Shown in pieces: positions 14,753 through 27,346 of a stretch of DNA of 54,111 bases. The translations under genes and the position numbers were made by a program. Numbering within the stretch: position 1 is the first letter of the stretch; every line of letters starts with the position of its first letter. This stretch comes from Bigelowiella natans CCMP2755 (lineage: Eukaryota; Protista; Cercozoa), in NCBI GenBank assembly GCA_000320545.1, contig ADNK01003062.1, positions 1-54,111 on the forward strand, read 5' to 3'. Under the pieces are notes generated by a model. That model was not told the origin of the DNA and made no database searches. It worked only from the letters and a program-made list of their open reading frames with translations.

Positions 14753-15743
14753 CTCTATATCATCATTTGCTTCTCCCTTCTCTTCCTCCTCCTCCTCTCT
14801 ATTCTCTCTCTCTTGCTCTCTCCCTACTACTACCCTTCTTCTCTTCTTCAAATCAACTAACCAACCAACTTTCTGATTGTTATGAAATCACCAGAGAAAA
14901 CAAAAGTATGAGAAGACTGGTACAACTACCGATACTGCTGTGTCATTCAAGCTCGAATCATGCTCCTCTCCCCCCTCGTATTTGTCTTCTTCTACAACCA
15001 AAACGGCGTGGGGAGAATTTATAACCGCAACAATATATCTATACTTGGCTTTCGTCCTTGGCCTTGAATTTGTGAGTGGGTGAGGTGTAGTAGTAGAAGA
15101 ATCAATCGTGATAATTTAAAGATAGTATACAGCAGCCACAGCAACAGGAGCAGCAGAATAGTACAGATAGTATACAGCAGCCACAGCAACAGGAGCAGCA
15201 GAATAGTAGATAGTATACAGCAGCCACAGCAACAGGAGCAGCAGAATAGTACATAATAGCGGTATACAGCAGCCACAGCAACAGGAGCAGCAGAATAGTA
15301 CATAATAGCGGGATCATGTATGCAGTATGTATTTTTGGAGCATAATATATTATAACAGGTTTGATTTATGTACTAATGTCAACCAATCCTTCATAATACA
15401 GATACATTTATGTACTAATAACAGGTTCTTCCTAGCTACATATCACCATTCTGTGAAATATCAGGTTGGGGCTGTTGTTTAAGAGCAGCAGAAGCAGCAG
15501 CAGCAGCAGCAGCATTGTTTATGTCAATGATCTAGTAGGCTGTATACTCACTGACTCACTTACTCACTTACTACAAGCTATCTACTACTACAACATCATC
15601 ACTTAACTCGCAGGTGTGGGATCAAATTATGTTGGCAATTTGATAACTAGTGGATTCTGGAGCGCTTTTGTTATGATGCGATTCGTTGTCGTAATCGCTG
15701 AGAGCATCTTCCCTATCGACCACGCCATGCTTCTCACGTAGAC

Positions 15744-15778
<35 letters not shown>

Positions 15779-16241
15779 GTACTACTTAACATGAATAGCA
15801 GCAAGACTGAAAAAAAGAACTAAATTGGAAAGAATAACGAAAATAAACAGAGAGAGAGAGAGAGCTAGTTGTGTAACATGACATCATTATCATCCACATC
15901 ATCGATCATGAAACTAACATGTCATCATTATCATCCATATCATCATCGATGATGATACTAACTCTGTGTAGATCAACAAACATACTACCACTACTTTGCC
16001 ATATACGTCTACCCTCCTTTGCACCTGCAAACTCTATATAAAAACAAGTCAAAAAGAGGGGGGGAGGAGGAACGGGAGAATAACAACATATATTGTTTCA
16101 ATCCACGTGATGATGATAATGTATAATACATGAGAAAAAACAACGAAGTAGATAATGAAATAGATAGGCTGTTAGGAGAATCAATCGATGGATGGTAGTA
16201 GCAGTAGTAGAGTAGTAGTAATAGTTGTGGTAGTAGTATTT

Positions 16242-16275
<34 letters not shown>

Positions 16276-17175
16276 ATGTATCAAGGGTGTTGTATGCTAA
16301 AGAATGATAATTATAATTTATGAAGTATTAAATTATTGTATATTTGGAAGGAAGCATTATGGTACTATGACATGTTGTTGTTGTTGTTGTCTTTTTGTTT
16401 TAACAGAATCTTCAACGGCGTGGCACTCAGTTGTTCTCTTTGCTGGACAATGTACCCTAAGAGGTGAGGTGCTACAGCTGCTGCTGCTGATGCTACTACC
16501 TAAATGATCAAAAACTACTATTTTGCCACTAGTGAAGAAAACACACCCTGCTCCTATCTGTCTTACATCATGCCGATTCGATAGCTTCTTATATGTGAAG
16601 ATGATGTGAGCTACTATGATCATGATTAACTTTTTCCTTCTTCTCTCTCTTTCTTCTTAGTTCCTGGTCTTTGTGGCTTGGTTCATTAGGAATAGGCGCT
16701 ATGCTTGCGCCTAGCTTTCCTTCTGCTATTGTCGTACTAACAGCAACCAGAACGGTTCTCAAGCATAAATATGTTATCCTCGCATTTTTCTTTGCCTACG
16801 CAGGTATTATTATCCTAAAAGGACTACATAAATTAGGCAACATATATGCATCTACTAGATGAGATGTTCCATTTTATTTTTTCCTTCATTTATTATACAG
16901 CGGGCTATTATTGTATAATAACGAAAGTTCTCACACCACCAATCTTTACCAAATTGATTTAGAATTAACTTTAGTGTTGTAATTTATTGTTCATATACTT
17001 AGGAATGGTAGGTTGCAATTTTTTCTTTCATCTGTTGTTAAGTGGTAATAGAGACGTGGGGTCTTTGCCATGGGGCGTTTCTGCTCTCCTGTCCATTAGT
17101 TTTATCCTTGTAATGTTGGCAACTGCAATTTTTCATCTTGCTCGTCCTAAATCCAACCGAAGAAAAGAGAATTAG
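11750..17175 (+). CDS. Major facilitator superfamily transporter (MFSD4/FucP-like), multi-exon
   Basis: Hydrophobic exons: LVYAFAGFNSALADNLLGPSL, FFLVGLGNGLGLMEA, YWVSVVHALSGL, GAFLGPQLIS, LGIGAMLAPSFPSAI, LPWGVSALLSISFILVML. Start codon tentative. Confidence 0.7.
15121..15310 (+). repeat. About 45-bp tandem repeat x4 inside the MFS gene
   Basis: Unit core GTATACAGCAGCCACAGCAACAGGAGCAGCAGAATAGTA occurs four times. Confidence 0.9.
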
Positions 17176-17529
17176 AAATCAATTGTGACGGTTCCATCAC
17201 TGATAGGAAAATGTATAGATGATTAAAAATAGCATCAAAGATGATGTGATGCTCATATTATTCAAAAGTTTCATCCAACAAATTGCGGCTTAGGCGGTAG
17301 ATATAGATAAAGGGAATAGAACCTTTTTATCTAATGGGGTGCCACACAAGCATCTGTTGTACGAAGACTTTATTAATGATCATGGTCAATCTAGATAATG
17401 AATTTGAACTGCAACGAATAGTTTTTATTGTGTGCTTGCTCTTCATGCACGTTTTAGACATCAAGCGCTGCGATCGTTGTTGCCGGACTCTAGTACTGGC
17501 ACTACGTATTACTGGTGATGTATGTCATC

Positions 17530-18960
17530 ACAAGTGTGACGGCGGCATCTAGATGTCCACATCTACTAAGGCATCATGCCGATCGATCTGTCATTTGTGT
17601 TGGTGGCAACCGCTAGACCGATTGCGCAGCTGCTGCTCTACATGCATGCGAATTCGCGAGCTTGGGCATCGCAGAGCAGTCAGTCCACTGCTGCTGATCG
17701 ATGTCGCTGTTGATCGATGGCTGCGTTCGCTGATGCCACTGAACCACTAAACCAGTCACACTAGCATGCTTGTCATGCTCAGCTAGATGATCCGATCAGT
17801 TCATCATGCATCATCTAACACGTCATCCAGCGCGGCGACTGTGCGACACCTGAGCTAGCTGAGCCTGCACTGCTAGTACCAAAGTGCAATCACAGCTTGG
17901 CGGATCTAGACCACAAGAGAGACAGCTACAGATGGCCCACATTGTCATCCACACTGATTGCGCGGCAACAGCACAGGCAATCTACTCCATCATTGTGCAT
18001 GCACCACATCGCATCACATCACGACAAGAATTCCATCCCATCAGCTGCACCTAGCTCTAGCTAGACTAGTAGAGCCTGCTAGGGATGCTACGACTAGCAG
18101 ACGAGTAGCTGGGTTGCAGCTTTCTCTAGTTCTAGCTTCATCACAATTGTCATTAGCCCTAGCTAGAGCCTTGCTAGCTCAATGCATGATGCACGTGCCA
18201 CGGTGGTCGTTTTTGCGCATGACTGCTGCGTGCACTGCTAGACTAGTTCGAAAACCATCCATAGCTGTGCATCAGCTAGCTCATGCTATGCTAACTCACT
18301 GCGTGACCAACAATTTGAACAATGACAGAATGAACGTGCAGCTGTTAGCTAGATAGCTAGTGGTTCAAATGTGAGCAAAATGAAACATGCATCCATGGCG
18401 CCGCATCGACCACCATGCTAGCTGATGGATGTCGTCAAAAATAGCTAGAGAATTGCGCTATTGCAGCATTGCTGCAGCAGTTACATGATAGATGACAAAC
18501 AAAGCGCTGCGGACTAGCTTGCGTAGCGAAGCGCTAGAGCGTGGCAGGATGCAATAACGCGGTAAGACGGATTCGTTCATTTAATGAATGAATTGAATTT
18601 TGTTTAATGGTCACCCTGATGTGCGTAGCTACAAAAACTGTATAGGCGTACGTTGCGTATGTGCGAATCGAAGCAGCGGCACAGCAGGCGGGCGCGGGGT
18701 GATCGATTCAGGATCGCGCGCGCACAGATTCGATCATGCAATGATTTGTGATGACTAGCTCGCTAGACACAGCGCTCATTTGCTGTACTGCTCTAGCGCT
18801 GCTAGTGCGACGCCGACTAGCTACTGTAGTACAGCTGAACATGCGGCATTGTGATGATGGCAGTGCACGCTACAGCACGGCACACGCACACGCATATGTC
18901 GCACGCTAGTAGCTAGGTGATGCTGCATCGCAATTCTACATTCGCGCAAAATGAAAAGCC
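17530..18960. other. TpA-depleted, CTAG-rich intergenic tract (probable hypermutated repeat DNA)
   Basis: Most remaining TA are in CTAG/CTA/TAG and TGCA/CATG are abundant. A TA-retaining island lies at about 18550-18660. Confidence 0.75.
18562..18622 (+). repeat. Dispersed 50-60 bp motif, copy 1 (possible DNA-transposon/MITE end)
   Basis: GTAAGACGGAT..AT-rich..TAATGGTCACCCTGATG; related copies at 22201 and 41961. Confidence 0.5.
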
Positions 18961-19252
18961 TTTCTTTGCAGCATGTACTTATCTGTGTATATGGTTAACA
19001 CGAAAATACCTGGCTGTTTCACAAGCAGTGAGATTGCATGTGGATTTACATTTCATTTGCTTCACCGATCTAGCGATAGCTTCGTGTCATATAAATGGAT
19101 GTGCAGTATCACCCCAAGTTATCCCGGTATGAAAGTAGGTTATTCAACTTAAGAACGTTTAGCTTCATAAATTGAATAAATTTCCTTTAATGAAACTTTA
19201 CAGATAATCTTTCATGAATAAAAGCCAGGACGAGGATTCAGTCCACAATTAT

Positions 19253-19738
19253 TCAGTGCTCCCAAGGTTTGCGGTATCCCTGTGAAAATAACCAGAATGT
19301 GAGGCGAGAATACGGGAACATAAGATTCACACTACCAGGAGGACATCTCCGTCGTGTTTGAATCTCCACAGGATCCAGAAGATTGTTGTCCCTCCAATTA
19401 GCTTGGCACCAGTCACCTTGGAAATTGAAACAAGGTGAGATCAAATTTACAACATGAAACTTATAAATTTTGATTCATCAAGATGGAAGTGAAACAACCT
19501 TCCATCCAGCAGGAGGAGAAGGTACACCAGGAGGGCCATGTGCAGCACCGAAGGATCGTCTAGAGCTCTGAAATGTGTTTATTATTAATGATAATAGATT
19601 ATATAGCTTCGCTGTTTATTCTTAAATTTTGTTTGATACATTGTTAAAAAAAATCACAAAGTGGATGAGAATCGAAATTGGAACCTTCAGAGCTGATTGT
19701 ACTGTCCTCAGGACACCTCTCTTCAACATCGCCGCCAT
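19253..19738 (-). CDS. NDUFB2: NADH:ubiquinone oxidoreductase subunit B2 (AGGG), 4 exons
   Basis: Spliced product: MAAMLKRGVLRTVQSALK|SSRRSFGAAHGPPGVPSPPAGWK|VTGAKLIGGTTIFWILWRFKHDGDVLL|GYRKPWEH*. It has a mitochondrial-type presequence and the FWILWRFxHD..G...PW signature. Confidence 0.8.
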
Positions 19739-20023
19739 TGCGAATTCTTTTTCAAAACATTAAAAATTCGCCCTTGGTTTTCTTGTTCGAATTGGACAGG
19801 TTTTACAGAAAATTGGTCCTTTTTCTTGGATCTTCCTCATGAGCGCATTTTATTTTATAATCTATTTATCGGGTGCCGCAAGGCTTTCCTAAAGGTCTCC
19901 AGAAGCCTAAATCCTTTGGATTTGTCATGTCGTCTTTGGAAATTCCTCTGCATTCTATGATTCACAGAGACCGAAGAAGAACGAAGAAGCCATTCCTGCC
20001 GGGGAAACATTGCGAACATAATC
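19739..20023. promoter_or_regulatory. Putative bidirectional promoter NDUFB2/CWC22
   Basis: 285 nt between divergent start codons; inferred from position only. Confidence 0.45.
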
Positions 20024-22000
20024 ATGGCCAACTCAACCAAGAGGCCACGCGAGCACAAAGAACTACCAGAACAAGATGCACAGAAAAGGCAAAAGAAGGC
20101 TGATGAAGCTAAGAAGGAATCTAAAGGGGGCGGGATGTCGATGGCAGAAAGAAAGGCCATAAATAGCGTGAGGGGTTCAGGTGTTTACATACCTCCTCAC
20201 AAAATGAAGAAACTTACGGAACAAATAAAGGATAAAAAATCAAAGGCGTACCAACGTGTACATTGGGACGCACTCCGCAAGTCTATAAATGGTCTAATCA
20301 ACAAGGTCAACACAACGAATATCAAGATGATAATACCCGAGCTCTTCAGTGAGAACATCGTGAGAGGACGCGGCCTTCTCGTCAGGGGCGTAATGAAAGC
20401 ACAGATGGCGGCCCCTAACTTTACTCACGTCTACGCAGCTATGATAGCAGTGATCAATACTAAAATGCCGGAGATAGGGGAGCTGTGCTTAAAGAGGGTT
20501 GTTATGCAATTTCGCAAGGCTTATCGTCGAAACGACAAACTTGTATGCATTGCGTGCACAAAATTCATTGCTCATCTCTTCAATCAAGGGGTAGCTCATG
20601 AACTACTCGTCTTACAACTTCTCCATCTTTTGCTCGAGAAACCAACAGACGATTCCGTAGAAGTTGCCGTGGATTTCTTAAAGGAATGTGGATTAGCATT
20701 GAAAGAAGCGTCAGCAAAGGGGATGCACGTGATCATGGAGAGATTCCGAACGATTCTCCACGAAGGGGAGATTGATAAGCGGGTGCAGTATATGATCGAG
20801 GGTCTCTTTGCGGTGAGAAAGAATAATTTTGCAGATTATCCCCAAAAAGTTGAAGAGCTTGATCTCGTAGAAGACGATGATCAGATTCCTCATGATAACA
20901 TCACCCTTCAAGGAAAGCATGACTTGCAGCGCATGCTCGATATGTTTAAGTATGATGCAGATTTTGAGGAGAACGAGAAACAGTACGATGAGATAAGGAA
21001 AGAAATTTTAGGAGATGACGACGATGATGATGAAGATGACGATGAAGACGATGACGAAGATGACGATGATGAAGATGACGATGACGACCAAGATGAGAAG
21101 GAGGTTAAGCAAGAACTTGATGCTAATGGAAACATTAAGATTGTGGATATGACAGAAGGAGATCTAATCAATCTGCGAAGAAAGATATATCTAGCTATCA
21201 TGTCCGCATTGACGTTTGAAGAAATGGTTCACAAACTCCTCAAATTCTGTCATCTTCCTGGGCTAGAAGGCGAGCTCTGCAACATGCTCATTGAATGTTG
21301 TAGTCAAGAGAGAACCTATATTAAAACATATGGGGAAGTTGGACAGCGATTTTGTATGTTACAAGACGTATTCATAGAGAAATTTGATGAGTCCTTTGCT
21401 CATCAGTATTCTACAATCCATCGATACGAAACTGGGAAACTCAGGAACATCGCCAAATTCTTCGCTCATATCCTCCATAACGACGCATTCGATTGGAATG
21501 TCATGAAATATGTCTTTCTTAATGAAATTGACACAACATCTTCTTCACGTATTTTTATCAAGATTCTCTTTCAAGAACTTTCAGAGTTAATGGGGTTGCA
21601 GAAGCTCAAATCTCGTTGTGAAGACCCTCTCTACGCTGAGGCGTTTGAAAACGTATTTCCAACAGATAATCCCAAAAATACTCGTTTTGCTATCAACTTC
21701 TTTACTTCAATTGGCCTTGGAGGACTAACAGAGGGGCTACGTGAGCATTTGAAAAATCTTCCCAAACGTATTATGCTGCAGCAACAACAAATCGAAAGCG
21801 ATTCTGATTCAGACGATTCTTCTGATTCCGATGATGATTCGTCCTCCTCTTCTTCAGATGATGATTCTAGTGACGACGACAGTAGTGATAGTGATAGCAG
21901 CAGCGATGATAGTAGCAGTGATGATAGTAGCAGTGATGATGATAGTGACAGCAGTAGTAGTGATTCTAGCAGTGGATCAGATAGTGATGATTCAGATTAA
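20024..22000 (+). CDS. CWC22: Pre-mRNA splicing factor CWC22 (MIF4G + MA3), single coding exon
   Basis: GVYIPPHKM..YQRVHWDALRKSINGLINKVN, LLEKPTDDSVEVAV, ECCSQERTY, TTSSSRIFIKILFQEL, NTRFAINFFTSIGLGGLT; Ser/Asp-rich tail. Confidence 0.97.
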   Translation: MANSTKRPREHKELPEQDAQKRQKKADEAKKESKGGGMSMAERKAINSVRGSGVYIPPHKMKKLTEQIKDKKSKAYQRVHWDALRKSINGLINKVNTTNIKMIIPELFSENIVRGRGLLVRGVMKAQMAAPNFTHVYAAMIAVINTKMPEIGELCLKRVVMQFRKAYRRNDKLVCIACTKFIAHLFNQGVAHELLVLQLLHLLLEKPTDDSVEVAVDFLKECGLALKEASAKGMHVIMERFRTILHEGEIDKRVQYMIEGLFAVRKNNFADYPQKVEELDLVEDDDQIPHDNITLQGKHDLQRMLDMFKYDADFEENEKQYDEIRKEILGDDDDDDEDDDEDDDEDDDDEDDDDDQDEKEVKQELDANGNIKIVDMTEGDLINLRRKIYLAIMSALTFEEMVHKLLKFCHLPGLEGELCNMLIECCSQERTYIKTYGEVGQRFCMLQDVFIEKFDESFAHQYSTIHRYETGKLRNIAKFFAHILHNDAFDWNVMKYVFLNEIDTTSSSRIFIKILFQELSELMGLQKLKSRCEDPLYAEAFENVFPTDNPKNTRFAINFFTSIGLGGLTEGLREHLKNLPKRIMLQQQQIESDSDSDDSSDSDDDSSSSSSDDDSSDDDSSDSDSSSDDSSSDDSSSDDDSDSSSSDSSSGSDSDDSD

Positions 22001-22200
22001 CCAAAACAGGTTGCTTATTGGTGAAGAAGTTGTTGGGAAAAATATATTCAAGATCTTCATTAATACTGCATGTCAATAATCTTTGCATTAATTAACATGA
22101 CCTAGAGCAAACAGCCATTCTAGCATGATGCATGCAGTCATTGTAGCATTGTTATGCGAACAATGGACATTGCTGTACACATGCCATACATGTTACATGT

Positions 22201-22254
22201 GTGAGACGGATGTAATGAAATAATTAATTTTTCCAATAATGGTCATCCTGATGT
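22201..22254 (+). repeat. Dispersed motif, copy 2
   Basis: GTGAGACGGATGTAATGAAA..TAATGGTCATCCTGATGT. Confidence 0.5.
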
Positions 22255-22329
22255 AGCTATATGTATAGCTCTATGCAGAGCTAGCAGAGAGCAGCGGCTG
22301 TATGCAGCGCTTAATAGGTAGCAGGTAGG

Positions 22330-22830
22330 TTGTGTCTGTTTGTTTCTTGCACATGTCACATGTTGCATGCGCTACAGTGCATTTGAATCGAAAGCACATC
22401 ATTGCCGCTGTTCGATCTGTCGTCGATGTCATGCAGTACTAGACTAGAGTGCGTCATCGCTGTACGTCTAGTACGTGTGCGCAGCGCTAGAGCGGTGCGA
22501 GCCCCTTTTTCAGTCATTGTCAGACGCTTCGATCATTGTTTCGCGTCGTTGCGATTCATGATGGCCGTCGTCAAGCTGCATGGTTTTTTAATCACTGAGC
22601 CGTTGATGTTCACATTTCTTATTGCATTAGAGGAGATGACCCATCTAGCTAGCTAGTCTAAGCCATGTCTTTCGCAGCGTGCCACACATGTCCGCAATGT
22701 GCATGCTAGCATGCTAGCATGTGTGCCACATCTAGACATGCACATGTGCATCCCATGTAAAGCTATAGCTGCTAGCGTGATGGCATTATTGGCCAGTGCA
22801 TGTGTCATTTTTGTGGACAGAGATGTCATT
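22330..22830. other. Partially TpA-depleted intergenic tract
   Basis: CATG/TGCA/CTAG-rich; some non-CTAG TA remain. Confidence 0.55.
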
Positions 22831-23068
22831 GCGTATATCTAGATATTGATGCATGTTGCATCATTATACCCTTGCTTGTGCTACTAGCTAGCCAACTGTG
22901 CGATTCAATTATCGACTATAACCATTTAGCTGAAATAGGTTGCCGGGCGTGTACTTATAACGCTACGAGGAAAAACGTTCAGTCTATTATTTACTGTAAC
23001 AACTACAGTGGTAGTCATATTCGACGATATCGTCTCTTTTTGTCGTTAGTCAGAGAACAAAGTGACAC

Positions 23069-23514
23069 TTAAATGGCCTCAATTTTCACCATCTCCAATG
23101 TATGACTTGTATTTTGGTTGTAATCTAATTTAGAACAAATCAAACAATTTGTAAAACAATCATCCATAAGGAAATAAGTCAAATGATTGCAAAGTAGATT
23201 ACGACTTGGTGAAAATCTTAAATAACACCGATGGTTTCCCCACGCAGACAATGATGACAATAATCAATACATTTGCTCTCTATTTCTCTATATTCCTCTC
23301 ATCAATATTGCCACTACTCTTGCAACAAGGAGGGGGGTAAAGATGGATCTACCTGTAGCGCCTAATGCTTTTGGAGAAGGAATACGTGTTGTGACAACGG
23401 TGGAGGGTTCATTGGCCGTTGTGACTTTCTTCTTCTTACTGAAGCCAAACCTAAGCATATACACACAATTGACTGTAAGACGGCCATCTCAACCACGCTC
23501 TCTTTCTTCGCAGA

Positions 23515-23576
<62 letters not shown>

Positions 23577-24022
23577 CAAATGCATGCATGTGTGTGTGTG
23601 TGTGTGTGGTTGTGTATGTTTTGCGTATAAGTTCGTCGTACGTTAATATTGAAAATACCTATGATTTGGACCTCCTGCTCCCAAAAATACTCACACAGTA
23701 TTATCATAATTTATAGTAGAAATTCATCGCTATTATTACCAAAAGAATCCGCTGAGCGCTAGAAGAATACCAACCATCTTCGTCACTGTAATTGAGCTTC
23801 CAAAATAGATCTGTTGTTGTATGTAGCATGCAGCACCAAAACATCGGCCAGCAGCAAATGTTTCCCAATGAGGCTCAATATTTTGCATAAAGCACCATAT
23901 TGGGGTTACGTGGGGAAGGAAACGAAGTACAACATGAAACAAGCAATAGTGGTAGCATTAAATAATATGGGGAAGATTTTGCATGCACGGGGAATCCTGC
24001 TTTTTAGCAGCACAACAACAAT

Positions 24023-24054
<32 letters not shown>

Positions 24055-25102
24055 TATCATCATCATAATTGTTCATAGAATTCGAAGACCACAAGGTAGA
24101 CGTGCCTTCAGTAGCAGCAGCAGCTACCCCTGCCCCCCCTTTTCACCATATTGCTGCTCTACTAATCCCTTGATTTTTGTGATTTGTATAATTTACCATG
24201 GTGCAAATAATAAGCACAAATCTTCGCGAAACGTTAGCAACCTTAATATAGATTATGGGGGGGGGGGGGGGGAGAAGCAAAAACACTAACTATCGAAACC
24301 ACGAGTAACCGACTCTCCTATAAACGAAGAGATAATCGAAGGAAATACAATAAATCAACTTGTTTTGTCAATGGGGTGACTGTTAGATAGGTAAGAAAGA
24401 TATCGCTGCTATTTCAAGTGTATGTTCTTCATACAGGTTAGGTTCTTTCGATTCGTACAATTTGTGTATCATGAGTATGGTTACGGTGATGGTGAAACTA
24501 TGTACTATCATGATCATCACCATCGCCTACTTATTATCACCTGATGAGAAAGTACATGCATTTGCGACAAAACTAGAATGGATGATAGATTCTGGCCCCA
24601 GTAGCAGAAAAATGAAGCAAAAATAACGAAGCTGGACATTCCTACAAACACATATTTGTAGTTGTGATTTATTAATCATATTTTAACTTGACGAGGATAG
24701 CAAACGAAGGAAGAAAACCACAAGAGGAAGAGGAAAAGGATCAGGATTATAGGCAGGATTGGGGATGATGGATATCCTTATTTGCTTCCTTCGTTATTCT
24801 TCATCTGACATAATCGTGGCAGTGCTTATGATGCTGCTCTTGATACAATCCACCTCCTCTCCTCGTACTAGCTTCTAATACGATTCAGGGGGGGGGGGGG
24901 TCTATTTCTCTTCTGTCTGTTCTACACATCTTTTCTCTCCCCTCCTCTACTTTAAACAACACCTCTCTTTCCTCCTCTACTTTATATACTAGCATTCTAA
25001 TGTGCTGCTGATCCAATAATGTACTTCAAGACTCTATTTCCTCCTCCTCCATGAAGAAATTGCATCTTCTTCTTCATCATCATCATCATTATCACCATCA
25101 TC

Positions 25103-25137
<35 letters not shown>

Positions 25138-26496
25138 CCAGCAGTCTCCTCCTCAATACTATCCCCAATGGTAGATAGTGTGGCAGCTGTAGAGTTAAAC
25201 AAGACTGAAGGCTCTCCCTAGTCATAAACAATAAGAACAAGGAAGAAGATCATAAACAAGACTGAAGGCTCTCCCTAGTCATAAACAATAAAGAACAAGG
25301 AAGAAGATCGACACAGTTTAAAATAATCGCTAATAACAACAATACAATGTTCAAGTGTATATGTTGTGGTAGTAGTGTTAGATTTCTCTGCATCATTATC
25401 ATCATCATCATCATCATCATCACTCGCCACACAAGAAGCAAATCAATCTATACATACATACTGATATACATACTATACATACATGCATACATACTGCGTA
25501 TTGACCTCAAGGAAAAAGCTCGACGGAATGAGAAATATTGCGGCCCAAAGACAGGAGCACATGTGAAATACCACTGATATGAGAGAGTAAGGAAGTAAGT
25601 GATGAGGAGGAGGAGGAGGAGGAGGAAATTATAATAACTATACAGTGATGATAAAAGACAGAGGGCAACGCAAGCAGAAGGATGTTGTTTCTCTCGCTGT
25701 TAAGTAATGTATGTATGTATGTATGTATGTATGTAGCACCAAAATATCCTTACGTCAACTCTTATTTCTTCTTCTTCTTCTTCTTCCCTCTCCTCCTCCT
25801 CCTCCCCCTCCTCCTCTTATGATCAACACAGGATTCAACGAATAACTACTACTACTACTAATAATAATAATAATAATACTTGGATGGAAAGATGTATTTC
25901 TAAGAGCTCTCTTTGCATACAACGATTGTATTGTAGATATTAGCCCTGCAAATACCTGTAATAAGAGACAAGAAAAAGCATCAACCAGCAGTATAGATGA
26001 TGAGGTATTATTAACATTTCTTACCCCATATACAACAACATATATTCTCTACATGACGGATGATGCTGTCTATTCATTGCTGTGTTAATTTAATATTAGC
26101 ACCACAAAATAAAACTGCTACGACAACAACTTACAAACACACAATGCTAGTACTAATACTAAAGCAACTTCACTGTGAGTGAAGAGATGTTTGTATCATC
26201 ATGATCATCATCAACTTCTCTTCCTACCGCAGCAGCAAATCCGTCTGCTTTTATTTCCATTTCAGTAACAGCAGATAGAACCACCCCAAGGATGATAGGA
26301 AATAAGGATAGCAGTGTAGTTAAAGGCTGACACTTCCCATAAAAAATGAACAGTAAAATCACTGTAAAAACGGGAGACGAAGCCTGTTAGATAAATATGG
26401 GGGGGAGGAGGAGAGGTGTGTTGTATCTTTATAGAATAGAATAAGTATACCACCACCTTCAGTATAGTATAGTATGTGAATAGTTGAATCGCTTAA

Positions 26497-26539
<43 letters not shown>

Positions 26540-26603
26540 TGCTCATTATTTAGTTTTCAATGAACTAAAGAAGGTTGGCCACATCCAAGTCCTGCTACTA
26601 CTA

Positions 26604-26637
<34 letters not shown>

Positions 26638-26940
26638 GGTGTGTTGTATAATTATTATTATTATTATTATTAGTAGTAGTAGTAGTATTTTTGTCATCGA
26701 ATCATCTCCATCAATAGCAGCCTATTGGCGTGCAGCATGGATGATAATTCCACAGAAAAAAAGCATTCAACAAGTAGGTTGTTGTCGTTGTTTTGCGTCC
26801 AACTAAAAAGATGCAAATTTTTGCAGTTTTATCCTCTTTATTTTTATAATCCCCTGGCTCTCTCTCATTTCCTCTCTTTTCACTTGCTATTGGTAGTTTG
26901 TGGTCTCCATTACTACTGCTGCTGCTACTACTACTACTAG

Positions 26941-26972
<32 letters not shown>

Positions 26973-27202
26973 CTTCTTCTTCTTCCTCTTTGTCTGCTGC
27001 TACTTACTACCTTAACAGTGTGTGTGAGGGATGCAGCAACACTCTGATAGCTAAAGTAAGTCAAGAACCTTCCCAACGTTAAGGTTATCTGATAAACATT
27101 GATGTAGACAACACTAACTAATGTGTGATAGAAAGAAAGAAAGAGAGAGAGAGAGAGTGTGTGTGTGACTGACGGCTGGCGAAAAGAGAAGATGAGTATC
27201 CC

Positions 27203-27238
<36 letters not shown>

Positions 27239-27314
27239 AACCATCATCATCATTCTCGCTACTGCTTAGTTAGGAACAAAAAGCTCAAGAAGATCTTTTG
27301 CTCTACCCCTGAGA

Positions 27315-27346
<32 letters not shown>

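Noticed and set aside
15121-15310. CRISPR-like regular repeat
   Set aside because: Head-to-tail minisatellite without unique spacers, in a eukaryotic gene.
23520-23610. (TA)n directly joined to (TG)n as evidence of TA->TG conversion in introns
   Set aside because: Compound dinucleotide microsatellites are common in many genomes, and the flanking intron keeps normal TpA.
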